Assembly (NCBI GenBank): GCA_963669175.1 | Contig: OY769902.1 | Coordinates: 2,688,001 to 2,752,000 of the forward strand | Length of the DNA: 64,000 nt | DNA from: a bacterium | GTDB taxonomy: Bacteria; Electryoneota; Electryoneia; Electryoneales; Electryoneaceae | Reading direction: 5' to 3' | Shown here: piece after piece, positions 31,671 to 43,046 of the stretch | Layout: every line of letters starts with the position of its first letter | How positions within the stretch are numbered: position 1 is the first letter of the stretch | The notes under the pieces: generated by a model | Databases searched by the model: none | Told to the model about the DNA's origin: nothing | The model's input: the letters and a program-made list of their open reading frames with translations, nothing else | Program-made: the position numbers and the translations under genes

Positions 31671-33152
31671 TTATCCCTGCTTATCGATCACCTTTTTGAA
31701 ATGGAAGCCATAGATCATAAAGGTGATCGCCAAGGGGAACATACGTGGCGAATGAGCCAGCGTACCGAACAGCATTTTCCAGAAATACTGGCGTCCCCTG
31801 TCGATAATTCCCAGGAAGAATATCGATTTAAAAAACGCCCCGATATAAGAGAAACGGAATGATGCTTTCTTCTTCAAGGCTGGTTTATAGTCCTTGAAAA
31901 AGGTGATTACACGGTGGTAAAAGGACTCACTGCTGTAGATCGATTGCAGGACTTCACGGTAACCGTTGACCAGATCCTTCTGTTCCATTTTAGGCACGAA
32001 ATTAATCGTCATGTCCATGTTGTCGCCGGTATGATCGCCCAACAGACGTCCCTCATCTTTCATACGGTGATACAGGCGTGTGCCTTTGGGAGCGTTCAAC
32101 AGGCCGACCATGGCGGTTACGATTCCGCTTTCCTGGATAAAGGCGCTGAGCCGTTTGAAGATGGTCTCCTGGTCACTGTCAAAGCCGAGGATAAAACCGC
32201 CCTTGACCATGAGCCCCGCTTGGTGAATCCTGCGTACCGCTGCGACCAGATCACGGTTCTGATTCTGGACCTTGTTGCACTCGGCAAGGCTGCTCTCCTC
32301 AACAGTTTCGATGCCCACGAATACAGACCCGAATCCCGCATCCACCATGGCTTTCATCAACTCAGGATCGTCCGCAAGATTGATACTGGATTCTGTGGAG
32401 AAGGTGAAGGGAAAATCACGCTTCCGGTTCCAGGCATGGATAGCGGGAAGGATACTGCGTTTCAGCTTGTTTTTGTTGCCGATAAAGTTGTCATCTACAA
32501 AGAAAACACTTCCATGCCAACCGAGCTTGTACAATGTATCCAGTTCATCCAGTAGCTGGTACTCGGATTTCGTTCGCACCTTTCGGCCATACAGGTTGGA
32601 AATATCACAGAAATCACAGTCGTAGGGGCAACCACGCGAATACTGAATATCCATCACGGCATACTTGTTCAAGCGTAACAATTCCCAGGATGGAATCGGT
32701 GAATCTGCCAGGACAACAGGAGCATCCGCTTTGTAAATATGGTTCGGTGTACCATTCTTAAGATCACGCAGGAATGCAGGGAAAACCGTTTCCGCTTCAC
32801 TCAGGAAAAGATAGTCTACATCATCAAACTCATCATAATCACTCATGAACAGGGGACCGCCTGCAACAATTTTCCTGTCAAGGCTGTGAATTCGTTCAAT
32901 GACCTGCCGTACCGAGTCTTTCTGAATGGACATGGCGCTGATAAACACCAGGTCCGCCCATTCGATATCCTTGTTGCGCAAAGGGCTGACCTTCATGTCA
33001 ACCAGCTTCTTCTCCCAGTGTTTCGGGAGCATGGCGGCAACAGTCAGCAGCCCGAGAGGAGGTTCATTTGCTTTCTTGGCAATGAAACGCAGGGCATGCT
33101 TGAAACTCCAGAAAGTGTCCGGGTGCTCAGGGTAGACAAGCAGAATATTCAT
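31671..33152 (-). CDS. B12-binding radical SAM protein (DUF4070 type)
   Basis: PPLGLLTVAA, SRGCPYDCDFC (CxxxCxxC), FVDDNFIG, GFILGFDSD. Confidence 0.9.
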   Translation of the reverse strand: MNILLVYPEHPDTFWSFKHALRFIAKKANEPPLGLLTVAAMLPKHWEKKLVDMKVSPLRNKDIEWADLVFISAMSIQKDSVRQVIERIHSLDRKIVAGGPLFMSDYDEFDDVDYLFLSEAETVFPAFLRDLKNGTPNHIYKADAPVVLADSPIPSWELLRLNKYAVMDIQYSRGCPYDCDFCDISNLYGRKVRTKSEYQLLDELDTLYKLGWHGSVFFVDDNFIGNKNKLKRSILPAIHAWNRKRDFPFTFSTESSINLADDPELMKAMVDAGFGSVFVGIETVEESSLAECNKVQNQNRDLVAAVRRIHQAGLMVKGGFILGFDSDQETIFKRLSAFIQESGIVTAMVGLLNAPKGTRLYHRMKDEGRLLGDHTGDNMDMTINFVPKMEQKDLVNGYREVLQSIYSSESFYHRVITFFKDYKPALKKKASFRFSYIGAFFKSIFFLGIIDRGRQYFWKMLFGTLAHSPRMFPLAITFMIYGFHFKKVIDKQG

Positions 33153-33162
33153 AGCGCAATCC

Positions 33163-33777
33163 TCACAGCGATGTATTCCCGTTCAGGTTGTAAACACCCT
33201 TGGTGAAAGTATCTACCATCAGGCCAACAATTTCTTCAGTAGCAATGGTGAAGTCTTCCAGCGCCCAGGAAAACTCGACCGGTTTCAGGGAAATCATCAG
33301 CACATGCGCCAGTAATGCCGTATTCTCGATGCTGGTTTCACCTGTTTTATTCCCATGTTTCAGGATTTTTTCGATGATGGCGCGCTCCTCCAGCATCATA
33401 CGGTCACGCGCTTCCTTGATGAAAGGCCAGTGATAATCCCAGCTATCACGTGTTACTTTATAAAAATTGGTCAAATGCTGAATATTATTTATTTTGGTTA
33501 GTAGGAAAGCATAGAACATGTCCCGAACTGTTGAAGCGGCGGCGATGGATTCATTGATTCGCGCTATCATGGTATCGGTTTCCAGATCGACAATCGAAAT
33601 GAAGATGGCCTCCTTGTTTCTATATGATTTATAGATCGTTGTTTTCGATACCTGCGCTTCCCGGGCGATGTCATCAACCGTAACCCGCTTTAATCCGAAC
33701 TGACTGAACAGCTTCTGCGATATTGCCAGTATTTTTTTTTCTGCTGAAGGGGTATCCATCCTGATTCTCCTGAACAT
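33163..33777 (-). CDS. TetR/AcrR family regulator
   Basis: LFSQFG...TVDDIAREAQVSKTTIY...NKEAI HTH. Confidence 0.88.
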   Translation of the reverse strand: MFRRIRMDTPSAEKKILAISQKLFSQFGLKRVTVDDIAREAQVSKTTIYKSYRNKEAIFISIVDLETDTMIARINESIAAASTVRDMFYAFLLTKINNIQHLTNFYKVTRDSWDYHWPFIKEARDRMMLEERAIIEKILKHGNKTGETSIENTALLAHVLMISLKPVEFSWALEDFTIATEEIVGLMVDTFTKGVYNLNGNTSL

Positions 33778-33896
33778 AGTACGATATGGTTAAATTACGT
33801 ACTGCCGTATCGAAACGCAACAGGTAGACTCGTTTGACTCTCAGAAAGAATACCGCAATATGTAATCCCTGCCTGCATTGGCGAATTGCGAGGAAC

Positions 33897-33931
33897 AAAA
33901 AAAGCGGTCCGAATCATTTGATCCGAACCGC
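33897..33931 (-). terminator. Terminator downstream of the FKBP genes
   Basis: GCGGT.CG.ATCA stem next to an A7 run on the + strand. Confidence 0.6.
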
Positions 33932-33954
33932 TGAATATGACTTTGCTAAGGAAA

Positions 33955-34470
33955 CTATTTAAAATCCACCAGCTCCACGTAGAAAATCAGGGTAGCGTTC
34001 TGGGGGATTACGGGCGGATAGCCGCGCTGGCCGTAACCGAGTTCCGGTGGGATACGGAGGACGCGTTTTTCGCCGCGTTTCATGCCTTCGATGCCCATGT
34101 CCCAGCCACGGATGACCTGGCCTGCGCCAAGCTTGAAGACCAGGGCTTCACCACGGGGGATGGAGCTGTCGAAACGGTTGCCGTCAACCAGCCAGCCGGT
34201 ATAGTGCATGCTGGTCATGGCGCCTGCGGCTACGGGATCGCCTGTTCCTTCTTTCAATACTGTGTATTCTGGTCCATTCTGGATTTGTTGCCAGGTAAAT
34301 GAATCGAGATCCGGCATCACCAGGGGATCGTTCTGCGTCATGGTTGTTTCCTCGTTTTGTGTCTTGGCCTGCGCTTCAACTTCCTTAGTGCCTGCGTCGG
34401 TTTTTGCCTTGCAACCGACCAGCAACAGACCGACCAGCAACAAGGGGATGACCACAAATGTGGTACGCAT
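33955..34470 (-). CDS. FKBP-type peptidyl-prolyl isomerase (lipoprotein)
   Basis: LVGC lipobox; HYTGWL.DG..FDSS, VIRGWD.G, PPELGYG, IP.NATLIF.VEL. Confidence 0.93.
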   Translation of the reverse strand: MRTTFVVIPLLLVGLLLVGCKAKTDAGTKEVEAQAKTQNEETTMTQNDPLVMPDLDSFTWQQIQNGPEYTVLKEGTGDPVAAGAMTSMHYTGWLVDGNRFDSSIPRGEALVFKLGAGQVIRGWDMGIEGMKRGEKRVLRIPPELGYGQRGYPPVIPQNATLIFYVELVDFK

Positions 34471-34480
34471 AGTATACTCC

Positions 34481-34972
34481 TTACTTGATCTGTTTCACTT
34501 CAATGAAGAAATAAAGAGAGGCATTTGGTGGCACTTTTCCTCTTCCGCCTGAGCCATAGCCGAGTTCTGCCGGAATCATCATGAAGCGTTTGTCGCCGAC
34601 ACGCATGCCCGTAATTCCTTCATGCCAGCCCTGGATAACCGAAGATTTTCCAATGGTGAACTCGAAAGGTTCATTGCGTTCATAACTGTTGTCAATGCGT
34701 CTCGAATTGGAAAGCCAGAGGACGTAGTTTACGACAACCGCATCTCCTTCACGGGCGGCTGGGCCATCCCCTTCATCCAGATCAACATACTGGATTCCGT
34801 TCAACATCGTATGTTCGAAATAGAGGGAATCCAGGCTGGGCATCCGTTGAATTTCAAAGATGCGTTTCAGAAACATCTCTTTGTTTTCTTCAGTGTTGAC
34901 TTTTTTCCCGCCACCACAACCAATCGCAAGCAGCAGTATAATACCTGTCAGCAGTACAAGACTCTTACGCAT
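34481..34972 (-). CDS. FKBP-type peptidyl-prolyl isomerase (lipoprotein), paralog
   Basis: AIGC lipobox; VIQGWHEG, PAELGYG, VPPNASLYF. Confidence 0.9.
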   Translation of the reverse strand: MRKSLVLLTGIILLLAIGCGGGKKVNTEENKEMFLKRIFEIQRMPSLDSLYFEHTMLNGIQYVDLDEGDGPAAREGDAVVVNYVLWLSNSRRIDNSYERNEPFEFTIGKSSVIQGWHEGITGMRVGDKRFMMIPAELGYGSGGRGKVPPNASLYFFIEVKQIK

Positions 34973-34995
34973 GGCAACTCCTCCCCAATGCTATC

Positions 34996-36216
34996 TTATG
35001 GATTATCGCGCCAGTTTGTCGGCAGCAATCCTTCTTCTTCAGCCAATCGGATAATGCGCACAGCACGCTTTACTACAGGCGGATCAATCATTTTACTGCC
35101 AAGACTGACCACGCCAAGTCCTTCCGCTTCCGCCTTTTCAAAGGCAATAGTGATTTTCTTCGCTTTTTCAATCTCATCGGCTGAAGGGGCAAAGCCTTCA
35201 TGCACGACCTGGATCTGGCGTGGATGAATACAGCCTTTGCCTTCGAAACCGAGCGATTTCGCTTCGAGTACAGATTCGCGCAGGGCGTCCATATCGGATA
35301 CATCTGAAAATACCGTATCAATCGGTTGGACACCGGCTGCACGAGCGCCGTTTAATACCTGGGCGCGTGCCCAGAAGCTTTCTGTTCCTGCATTGGTACG
35401 TTGTGCCCCGATATCGGCGGTATAGTCTTCAAGTCCGATTGCCAGGGATACGACAGTCTCATGCGCCGAAGCGATTTCATAGGCGAACCAGGCGCCTTTC
35501 GCAGATTCAATAATCGGCATCAGCCAGATCTGATAGTCCTTCTCTTCACGTTTCAGGATATCAGCAATGGCATCGGCAACTACCTGAACCTGCTGTGGTG
35601 ATTCCACTTTTGGTAACAGGACAAGCTGCACACCGTGTGTTACGATCCAGTTAAGATCTTCGAGGCCACGTTCCCCCTGGTTGATCCGCACCATACGTTC
35701 GCAATTCATGAAATCCAGGGCACGCAAGCCGTTACGCACCATCACCCGTGCGGCATCTTTTTCCGAAGGCGCTACCGAATCCTCGAGATCCAGGATCACA
35801 CCATCTGGATTGTGCAAAGGAGCATTGAGCATGAACTTCGGGCTGTTACCCGGCAGGTAGAGACGGGATCTACGGTTCTGTTTCGGCAGGGAAGGGGCGG
35901 GTGTTGTAAACAGAACCGGCAGCCACGGGGTCATATTCTGATCCGGTAGCGCCCTGCGTATTGCCGTTTCAATACGTGCCATGAGGACAAAGGGCACTGC
36001 GCCCTGATCTTCAACCACGACATGGGCGTGTTCAATACCGAAATGTTTCAGGCCTGCTTCAACCAGTTCACGGTTCTGTTTGCCATATTGCACATCTACT
36101 TTGCTTGTCAGATCCAAGGTAATGCCGCCCTGATCCTTTATCGTAATCTCAACCCAGGCGTCGGACCGGACACTGCTGCCACGCTGTCCTGCCTGGCCAA
36201 TTCCTGCGCTCATCAT
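34996..36216 (-). CDS. Citrate lyase ACP (CitD-like) fused to beta subunit (CitE-like)
   Basis: N-terminal RSD...SKV..QYG...EDQGA...ARIETA; C-terminal RRSRLYLPGN, LDLEDSV, IIESA.G, GKGCIHPRQI, MIDPPV. Confidence 0.85.
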   Translation of the reverse strand: MMSAGIGQAGQRGSSVRSDAWVEITIKDQGGITLDLTSKVDVQYGKQNRELVEAGLKHFGIEHAHVVVEDQGAVPFVLMARIETAIRRALPDQNMTPWLPVLFTTPAPSLPKQNRRSRLYLPGNSPKFMLNAPLHNPDGVILDLEDSVAPSEKDAARVMVRNGLRALDFMNCERMVRINQGERGLEDLNWIVTHGVQLVLLPKVESPQQVQVVADAIADILKREEKDYQIWLMPIIESAKGAWFAYEIASAHETVVSLAIGLEDYTADIGAQRTNAGTESFWARAQVLNGARAAGVQPIDTVFSDVSDMDALRESVLEAKSLGFEGKGCIHPRQIQVVHEGFAPSADEIEKAKKITIAFEKAEAEGLGVVSLGSKMIDPPVVKRAVRIIRLAEEEGLLPTNWRDNP

Positions 36217-36399
36217 CTATCCTGTAGGTTTTTTCTCGTGAATCATTCCACAGTGGAAGATACAACGAGCAATGCAGGGGATAAAGGGAGAGGCATGGGT
36301 TCAATCAGGATTGGTTGGGAATGACTCTTGTCCCCGGAGTCAGAAGCAGCTAGATTCATTTCGTAATGTTATCCAGCTTTGTGAAAGGAAAACCTCGTC

Positions 36400-36609
36400 A
36401 TGAGATGGCCGTGGTCGAAAAAGCCTGAGAGGATGGGTATTATAGCACTGATCTTTGCCTCGCTGGCCGTGCTGGTGGGGGTATATCGTGCGGAACGAAC
36501 AGTCCCCATGATGACCTCGGGCATTACGGTAAAAAACCTGACTCGTTTCGGGAAATGGGCCAAAGCGACTGCGGAACGTCTGCAGCGTGATGGTATCAAG
36601 GTGAATTGA
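36400..36609 (+). CDS. Small hypothetical membrane protein
   Basis: One hydrophobic segment; AAGGA RBS; ends 6 bp before the next gene. Confidence 0.4.
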   Translation: MRWPWSKKPERMGIIALIFASLAVLVGVYRAERTVPMMTSGITVKNLTRFGKWAKATAERLQRDGIKVN

Positions 36610-36615
36610 TCCCCA

Positions 36616-37413
36616 ATGTCTGTTCTCGCCTGGATTTTACTGGTTGATACTCTCCTGGTTGTTATCCTCATGTTGTCTGACCGGATTCTTCAAGCGGTCA
36701 ATCGTCCACCCGGACTTCTGTTTGATGCGGTTCAACTTTGGGCGGCGTTGCTGGGTGTGATACTTCACGCCGGCTGGCAATGGGGATGGTTGTGGTTGCT
36801 GAAATTTTCTGTTATAAGCATTGTATTACCCTATGTTTGTGAATTTCTCGGTCAGAAGACAGGTTTTCCATTCGGGAGATATCAGTATACGGAGAAAGCT
36901 GGTCCAAAGCTTCCGGGCAGTATTCCTGTTGCCGTGGTATTGATGTGGTGGGGCTTGTTGTATGTGACATTTTCTTCCGGTCTGCTCTGCTCGAGCCTGA
37001 TACCGGTTTTTAATGTGGATGTTGTGACAATATTTTTCGCGTCCATTCTGCTTGTGGGATGGGATTTAACCGGTGATCCGGTTGCGGTTCATGCCGGGAT
37101 GTGGGTGTGGGAGAAACCGCGAGGCTGGTACGGGATTCCATGGAGCAACTTTGCCGGCTGGTTCGGTGTCAGTGTGTTTACCATGATGATATTCCGACTG
37201 GTAAATGGTCCCTTTGCGCTTTCTATTGAAAATACAAGGCATAACGCGGATTTCTATCTGTCGCTGGTGCCGTTGATTTTGCTGGGCGTATTGTATTTCA
37301 ACTACATGGGCGCTGCTTGCAGACGTAGGCTGAGAGGTCCGGGAGTCACGGCCCTGATTTTCGGTTTCGGAATAGTTACAGCATGTGTTGCACTGAAGCT
37401 GAACTTATTGTAG
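36616..37413 (+). CDS. CruF-like carotenoid biosynthesis membrane protein
   Basis: E..G..TGFPFG.Y.Y, WDL..DP.AV...W.W and YGIP.SNF.GW motifs. Confidence 0.75.
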   Translation: MSVLAWILLVDTLLVVILMLSDRILQAVNRPPGLLFDAVQLWAALLGVILHAGWQWGWLWLLKFSVISIVLPYVCEFLGQKTGFPFGRYQYTEKAGPKLPGSIPVAVVLMWWGLLYVTFSSGLLCSSLIPVFNVDVVTIFFASILLVGWDLTGDPVAVHAGMWVWEKPRGWYGIPWSNFAGWFGVSVFTMMIFRLVNGPFALSIENTRHNADFYLSLVPLILLGVLYFNYMGAACRRRLRGPGVTALIFGFGIVTACVALKLNLL

Positions 37414-37637
37414 AAATGCAATAACTGATACTAAAAGACCTACAGATTAAGCGTTATTGACATTTCAGCGAACTTCGCAGTTTCAGGATTCCAAGCTCCT
37501 TTTCTTTCAACGGGATAAGTTCATTCTATAATACAATGAAAAAGAGCATCACAAGCATTTGGAATTTGTGAAAAAAAGTGATAAATTGGCCTATCTCAAG
37601 AAGACCGTACAAGGAACATAGGAACCCTGATCCACCC

Positions 37638-40223
37638 ATGAACTTGAACTCCATTGGTGAACGGATAAAAGAAGTCCCCCTCGAGGAGGAAATGAAGCAT
37701 TCCTACCTCGATTACTCGATGTCAGTAATCGTGTCTCGAGCGCTCCCGGATGTACGCGACGGAATGAAACCGGTCCATCGCCGTATTCTGTTCGGGATGC
37801 ATGAAATGGGCATGCTTCACAACCGGGCTTATAAGAAATCCGCACGTATTGTCGGTGATGTCATGGGTAAGTATCACCCCCATGGCGACTCGGCGATTTA
37901 TGATGCCGTTGTGCGTATGGCGCAGGATTTCAGCCTGCGCTACCCGTTGGTTGACGGCCAGGGGAACTTCGGCAGCATTGACGGTGACGGCGCAGCGGCC
38001 ATGCGTTATACAGAAGCCCGTCTTGCCAAGATCGCTGAAGAAGCGCTTGAAGATATTGGCAAAGAGACTGTCGATTTCGTAAGCAATTACGATGATAGTA
38101 TGCAGGAACCTTCCGTACTGCCTTCCAAGCTGCCGAACCTGCTGATCAATGGTGTTGGCGGTATTGCTGTCGGCATGGCGACAAACATTCCCCCGCATAA
38201 CCTGGGGGAAGTGATTGACGCCTGTTGTCACCTGATTGACAATCCGGAATGTGAGATTGACGACCTGATGAGGTTTGTGGTCGCCCCGGATTTCCCGACA
38301 GGCGGTATCATTTACGGTATCACAGGTGTACGGGAAGGGTATCGCACCGGTCGCGGACGTGTCATCATCCGTGCAAAAGCGCATATCGAAGAAGACAAGC
38401 GCGGCAAAGAGAAAATTGTTGTCACGGAGATTCCATACCAGGTCAACAAAGCTGTCCTGGCCGAGAAAATTGCCGCCCTGGTCAATGAAAAGAAGATCGA
38501 AGGCATCAGCGATATTCGTGACGAGTCGGACCGTGATGGTATCCGCCTGGTTATCGAGCTGAAGAAGGATGCTTACGGCGCGGTCATACTGAACCAGTTG
38601 TACAAGATGACCAGCCTGCAATCCAGTTTCGGTATCAACATGATCGCGTTGGATCATGGTGCTCCGAAGCTGATGAACCTGAAGACCATTCTTCAGAAGT
38701 TTGTCGAGCATCGTCATGAAGTGGTGCTGCGCCGGACGAATTTCGACCTGCGTAAAGCCAAAGAGCGTGAACATATTCTCGAAGGTTTGAAAATTGCGGT
38801 CGACAATATTGACCGTGTCATTCAGATTATTCGACAATCCAGTGGTCCAGAGACAGCGCGCATTGCGTTAATGGAAGAATTTGCTCTTTCAGATCTCCAG
38901 GCCAAGGCGATTCTGGACATGCGTCTGGCCAAACTGACCGGACTGGAAATTCAGAAACTGGAAGAAGAGCTGAAAGCCATTCGTGAATTGATCTCAGAGT
39001 TGGAACGGATTCTGGCATCACGTGATTTGCGGATGGAAATCATCAAAGATGAGCTGAAGGATCTGGAAGAACGCTACGGCGATGAGCGTCGCACGGAAGT
39101 CGTGAAGCATTACGAAGAATTCACCGTGGAAGACATGATCGCCGAAGAAGATATGGTCGTAACCATCAGCCATGCCGGTTACATCAAACGTCAGCCTGTG
39201 ACCAGCTATCGTAAGCAGGGACGGGGAGGACGTGGCAAGACAGGCGCTACGATCAAAGATGAAGATTTCATCGAGCACCTGCTGGTGGCCAGTACTCACG
39301 AGTACATGCTGTTCTTCACGGACAAGGGCCAGATACACTGGTTGAAGGTGTACGACATTCCGCAGTTGGGACGATTGAGCAAGGGCAAAGCGTTGGTAAA
39401 CCTGCTCGAGCTTGGTCCTGACCAGAAACTTGCGGCGTTCGTGTCGGTGAAAGAGTTTGTTGAGGGGCAGTATATCCTGTTGTGTTCACGGCAGGGCATT
39501 GTCAAGAAGACAGAGCTGACCGCTTACTCCAACCCGCGTCGTGGTGGCATTATCGCCATGAATATTCGTGACGACGACGAGTTGCTGGGCGCTTCCATCA
39601 CGGACGGTGATTGCGAGGTTATCCTCGGTACCAGTGGTGGCAAGGCGGTTCGTTTCCGTGAAACCGATGTGCGTGCCATGGGGCGTACAGCGGCTGGTGT
39701 TATCGGTGTGAACCTGCCAAAGGGCCAGGAAGTGGTAGGCATGGTCGTCGTCAGGCGCGCCGGTACACTCCTGGTAGTCACGGATAGAGGCTTCGGCAAG
39801 CGTTCCGATATCGCGGATTATCGCTTGACCAAACGTGGCGCTGGCGGTGTGCTGACATTGAAGACTTCTCCGAAGGTTGGCAACATGATGTCAATTATGG
39901 AGGTGGTCGATGATGATGACCTGATGATTATCACCCAGAAGGGCGTGATGATCAGGTTGTCGATGAAGGATGTCCGAGTCATTGGTCGTGCGACGCAGGG
40001 TGTAAGGTTGATCCGCTTGGATGAAAACGACCAGATATCCTCGATTGCGCGTGTCATGAAGCAGGATGATTCGAACAAGAAACTGGATGAAAACGATAAC
40101 GACGATATCCTCGACACCATCGAAGAGCCGTTGGAAGAAGATGGCGAGAATCAGGATGAGGGCGAGGATTCAGGGCCGGAAGAGGAAGAAGATGCCGGTC
40201 CGGAGGAGGACGAGAACTCCTAA
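37638..40223 (+). CDS. gyrA: DNA gyrase subunit A
   Basis: [33 protein letters not shown], GyrA-box QGRGGRG, acidic tail. Confidence 0.97.
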   Translation: MNLNSIGERIKEVPLEEEMKHSYLDYSMSVIVSRALPDVRDGMKPVHRRILFGMHEMGMLHNRAYKKSARIVGDVMGKYHPHGDSAIYDAVVRMAQDFSLRYPLVDGQGNFGSIDGDGAAAMRYTEARLAKIAEEALEDIGKETVDFVSNYDDSMQEPSVLPSKLPNLLINGVGGIAVGMATNIPPHNLGEVIDACCHLIDNPECEIDDLMRFVVAPDFPTGGIIYGITGVREGYRTGRGRVIIRAKAHIEEDKRGKEKIVVTEIPYQVNKAVLAEKIAALVNEKKIEGISDIRDESDRDGIRLVIELKKDAYGAVILNQLYKMTSLQSSFGINMIALDHGAPKLMNLKTILQKFVEHRHEVVLRRTNFDLRKAKEREHILEGLKIAVDNIDRVIQIIRQSSGPETARIALMEEFALSDLQAKAILDMRLAKLTGLEIQKLEEELKAIRELISELERILASRDLRMEIIKDELKDLEERYGDERRTEVVKHYEEFTVEDMIAEEDMVVTISHAGYIKRQPVTSYRKQGRGGRGKTGATIKDEDFIEHLLVASTHEYMLFFTDKGQIHWLKVYDIPQLGRLSKGKALVNLLELGPDQKLAAFVSVKEFVEGQYILLCSRQGIVKKTELTAYSNPRRGGIIAMNIRDDDELLGASITDGDCEVILGTSGGKAVRFRETDVRAMGRTAAGVIGVNLPKGQEVVGMVVVRRAGTLLVVTDRGFGKRSDIADYRLTKRGAGGVLTLKTSPKVGNMMSIMEVVDDDDLMIITQKGVMIRLSMKDVRVIGRATQGVRLIRLDENDQISSIARVMKQDDSNKKLDENDNDDILDTIEEPLEEDGENQDEGEDSGPEEEEDAGPEEDENS

Positions 40224-40239
40224 GCATTGAGGTGAAGCT

Positions 40240-40917
40240 ATGGCCAAGTCGCAGAAAAAAGAGGTTGCTGAAAGCAAGATCAGCGACGCCACTGTCCGGC
40301 GACTCAGCTTGTATTACAGATCGTTAAAGTACGCCTATGACCGTGGGATGCGTACCATCAGCAGCCAGGAACTTGCAGACATGAACAACCTGACGGCTGC
40401 ACAGGTTCGCAAAGATTTATCCTTCTTCGGCGCTTTTGGACGACGGGGATTGGGATACTACGTTGCCGATTTGCAGCGAAACATCGCACGGATTCTCGGT
40501 GTCAACAAAACCTGGAATGTGGCCCTGATCGGCGCCGGCAATATCGGTCGTGCACTCGTCGATTATGACCAGTTCCGGCAGCAGGGATTCCTGATCAAGC
40601 TGATCTGTGATAATGACCCGCAAAAGATCGGTAAGATCGTTCACGGTCTGGAAGTAAAAGACTTTGCCAATATTGACGAAGAGGTGAAGTCGAACAAGAT
40701 TAAAGTCGCGATTGTTGCTGTTCCGGCGGGAGTGGCGCAACCGGTTGTTGATCGCCTGGTAGAATGCAAGGTGCGTGCGATTATGAACTTTGCGCCGATT
40801 ACCTTGCAGGTTCCGGATACGGTCTTTATCCGAAATGAGAACATGGCGATTGAAATTGAGTCGCTTAGTTTCGCCCTGACCAACCGGAAAGAGCCGCTGC
40901 GGACAATGGGTGGTTGA
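40240..40917 (+). CDS. rex: Redox-sensing repressor Rex
   Basis: RRLSLYYR, SSQELA, QVRKDLSFFG.FG..G.GY, GAGNIG, NFAP. Confidence 0.96.
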   Translation: MAKSQKKEVAESKISDATVRRLSLYYRSLKYAYDRGMRTISSQELADMNNLTAAQVRKDLSFFGAFGRRGLGYYVADLQRNIARILGVNKTWNVALIGAGNIGRALVDYDQFRQQGFLIKLICDNDPQKIGKIVHGLEVKDFANIDEEVKSNKIKVAIVAVPAGVAQPVVDRLVECKVRAIMNFAPITLQVPDTVFIRNENMAIEIESLSFALTNRKEPLRTMGG

Positions 40918-41138
40918 GCTGAGTTACGATTCCGAGAGTATTCGATTCCCCTGTGTCAAAGCAGGGGAATTGTTGTTCTGGGGGAAATGATTGGAACATG
41001 TCAGTAGTAAATGGGAGTGTCAAGAGGGGTTTAATTGCACGTATGTCGAGCAGCATCCAGATTAAAATCGAGGGAAAAAAGACATCATACAAGACTTTGG
41101 GATTGAACAGTAAACCGGTTTCGAGCGCAAGTGTCGTC

Positions 41139-42866
41139 ATGAACCTTCAACGGTCTATACTTCTCCCCATTCTGTTTTTGATCCTTTCCGGCTGCCTGCA
41201 TGCCCGGCCGGCGCGTGAGCTACGCCTGAAACGTATCGATGTCAATGCCGATGTAGCAGTATCACAAAGCGAAGTTGAAGACTATTGCGGACTTAAAGCA
41301 GGGAACATGTATACACCGGATGAACTTGAGCTTGCTAAAGATTCTCTATTTACCGGTTTGAATGCCGCTGGCTGGTTCCTCGCTGAAATAACTGATTATG
41401 AAATACAAATAGCGGAAGATGTATCCGAGGCAACCCTGCACATCCTGCTTGACCCCGGTCCACCTGCGATTGTTGATACAGTCATTCTTTCCGGCCCACT
41501 GGGAGGACGTGGCAGTGAAATTCAGTCACGGTTCCGCACGAAGCAGGGAAGAAGGTTTAATCCTGTGGTTTGGGCAGCGGATATGGAAAGAGCGGTTACC
41601 TGGCTGGAGAACCGTGGCTTTCCCTTTGCCAAGGCAGAGACGGCAAGATTAACGCCTGAATTCTCTGGTGATTCCATCCTGGTCACTGCAGAAATGAGAA
41701 TAACTCCCGGCCTTGCAGTCACCATTGATGAGCTGGAGGTTGCAGGATTAACGCGCACCAAACAAAAGGTAGCGCGGAGGATTCTTTCGATCAGACCGGG
41801 GCGCCTGTACAATCCTTCCCGGGCAGAACGCGCTAAACGAAGATTGCTCCGTACCGGGTGGTTTTCAGAAGTGCAGACGGCGGAGATATTTCGTAACCAG
41901 GAAGGCCGGTTCGGCCTGGTCTACAAAGCCCAGGAACAGCCTACCAGCAGCGTTTCAGGTGCGTTGGGCTATGCGCCCCAGGGGGAGGATACAAAGGGTG
42001 TGACGGGGCAGATTGACGCATCCTTTGGAAACCTTTTCGGAACAGGAAGGCGATTGGATTTCAACTGGCAACGTGTCAGCGATGACGAACGCTCGTTTGC
42101 TGTATTGTATCGTGAACCTTATCTCTTCGGAGCGCCGCTGAACCTGGATATTCAGCTTTCGCAGGAGAATATCGATTCAGTATACCTCGCACGGGTTTAC
42201 GGACTGGAAGCGACCTACATGGCTGGAATGACCTGGGAGGTGTTGGGCGGTATCAAACGTCGTGAGATTCATGCAGACAGTACGATTGCCGACAATGACA
42301 GTCTGTCCTACAATTTGATCGGCTTTACCGCCGGCATTCGTATTGATACACGGGATCGCGCCACAAACCCGAGTATCGGCGGGTACTACGAAGTTCGTAC
42401 AGAGCGCTATCTCCCGACAGGCGAATCAAGCGACCAGTATCAGGATCAGTTTGTTAACAGCATTTCAGTACGACACAATTTGCCTGTTGGACGAGGTTTT
42501 ATCATTCATGGTGGTGTATCCTACAAAGAGATCACTGTTGATAGCGGACAGCCTCCGTACGCCGAATGGGTGCGCATCGGGGGAGGGAGTACGGTTCGGG
42601 GATACCTGGAAAACTCGCTTACGGCTCCCCGTGCCGGATGGAGCACGATAGAACTTAGAAGGTTGCTTGGGCCGGAATCACGAGTGTTCCTGTTTGCCGA
42701 TGCTGCTGTGTTGTCGCGGGTAGATGATACAAGCTGGAAAAGCTCATTGGGAGCCGGGTTGCAGCTTGATGCCGGGGGCGGAATCATGAACATTGCCATC
42801 GCATTGCCTTCAGGACAGGGGCTAAACCAGTCAGTGGTCCATGCGTCAGTGTCAACGAGATTCTGA
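41139..42866 (+). CDS. Omp85 family (BamA/TamA-like) protein with POTRA domains
   Basis: Three POTRA-like repeats; NLFGTG, GG.STVRGY and a terminal Phe. Confidence 0.85.
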   Translation: MNLQRSILLPILFLILSGCLHARPARELRLKRIDVNADVAVSQSEVEDYCGLKAGNMYTPDELELAKDSLFTGLNAAGWFLAEITDYEIQIAEDVSEATLHILLDPGPPAIVDTVILSGPLGGRGSEIQSRFRTKQGRRFNPVVWAADMERAVTWLENRGFPFAKAETARLTPEFSGDSILVTAEMRITPGLAVTIDELEVAGLTRTKQKVARRILSIRPGRLYNPSRAERAKRRLLRTGWFSEVQTAEIFRNQEGRFGLVYKAQEQPTSSVSGALGYAPQGEDTKGVTGQIDASFGNLFGTGRRLDFNWQRVSDDERSFAVLYREPYLFGAPLNLDIQLSQENIDSVYLARVYGLEATYMAGMTWEVLGGIKRREIHADSTIADNDSLSYNLIGFTAGIRIDTRDRATNPSIGGYYEVRTERYLPTGESSDQYQDQFVNSISVRHNLPVGRGFIIHGGVSYKEITVDSGQPPYAEWVRIGGGSTVRGYLENSLTAPRAGWSTIELRRLLGPESRVFLFADAAVLSRVDDTSWKSSLGAGLQLDAGGGIMNIAIALPSGQGLNQSVVHASVSTRF

Positions 42867-43046
42867 AATTGCAAACGTCTCTCTTCTGCCAGTCGTGAGT
42901 GATATTACAAACATCCTTATTGCATGCCTTTCTCGTATATTGCACTTTGTCTTTACGCTCTGCTCTCCCAGGGGAGCAAATAAACAGCGGGATCAATACA
43001 GTTCTTTTGCGGGTATAACCTGACAGGTTAAACCTACGAGTACAGC

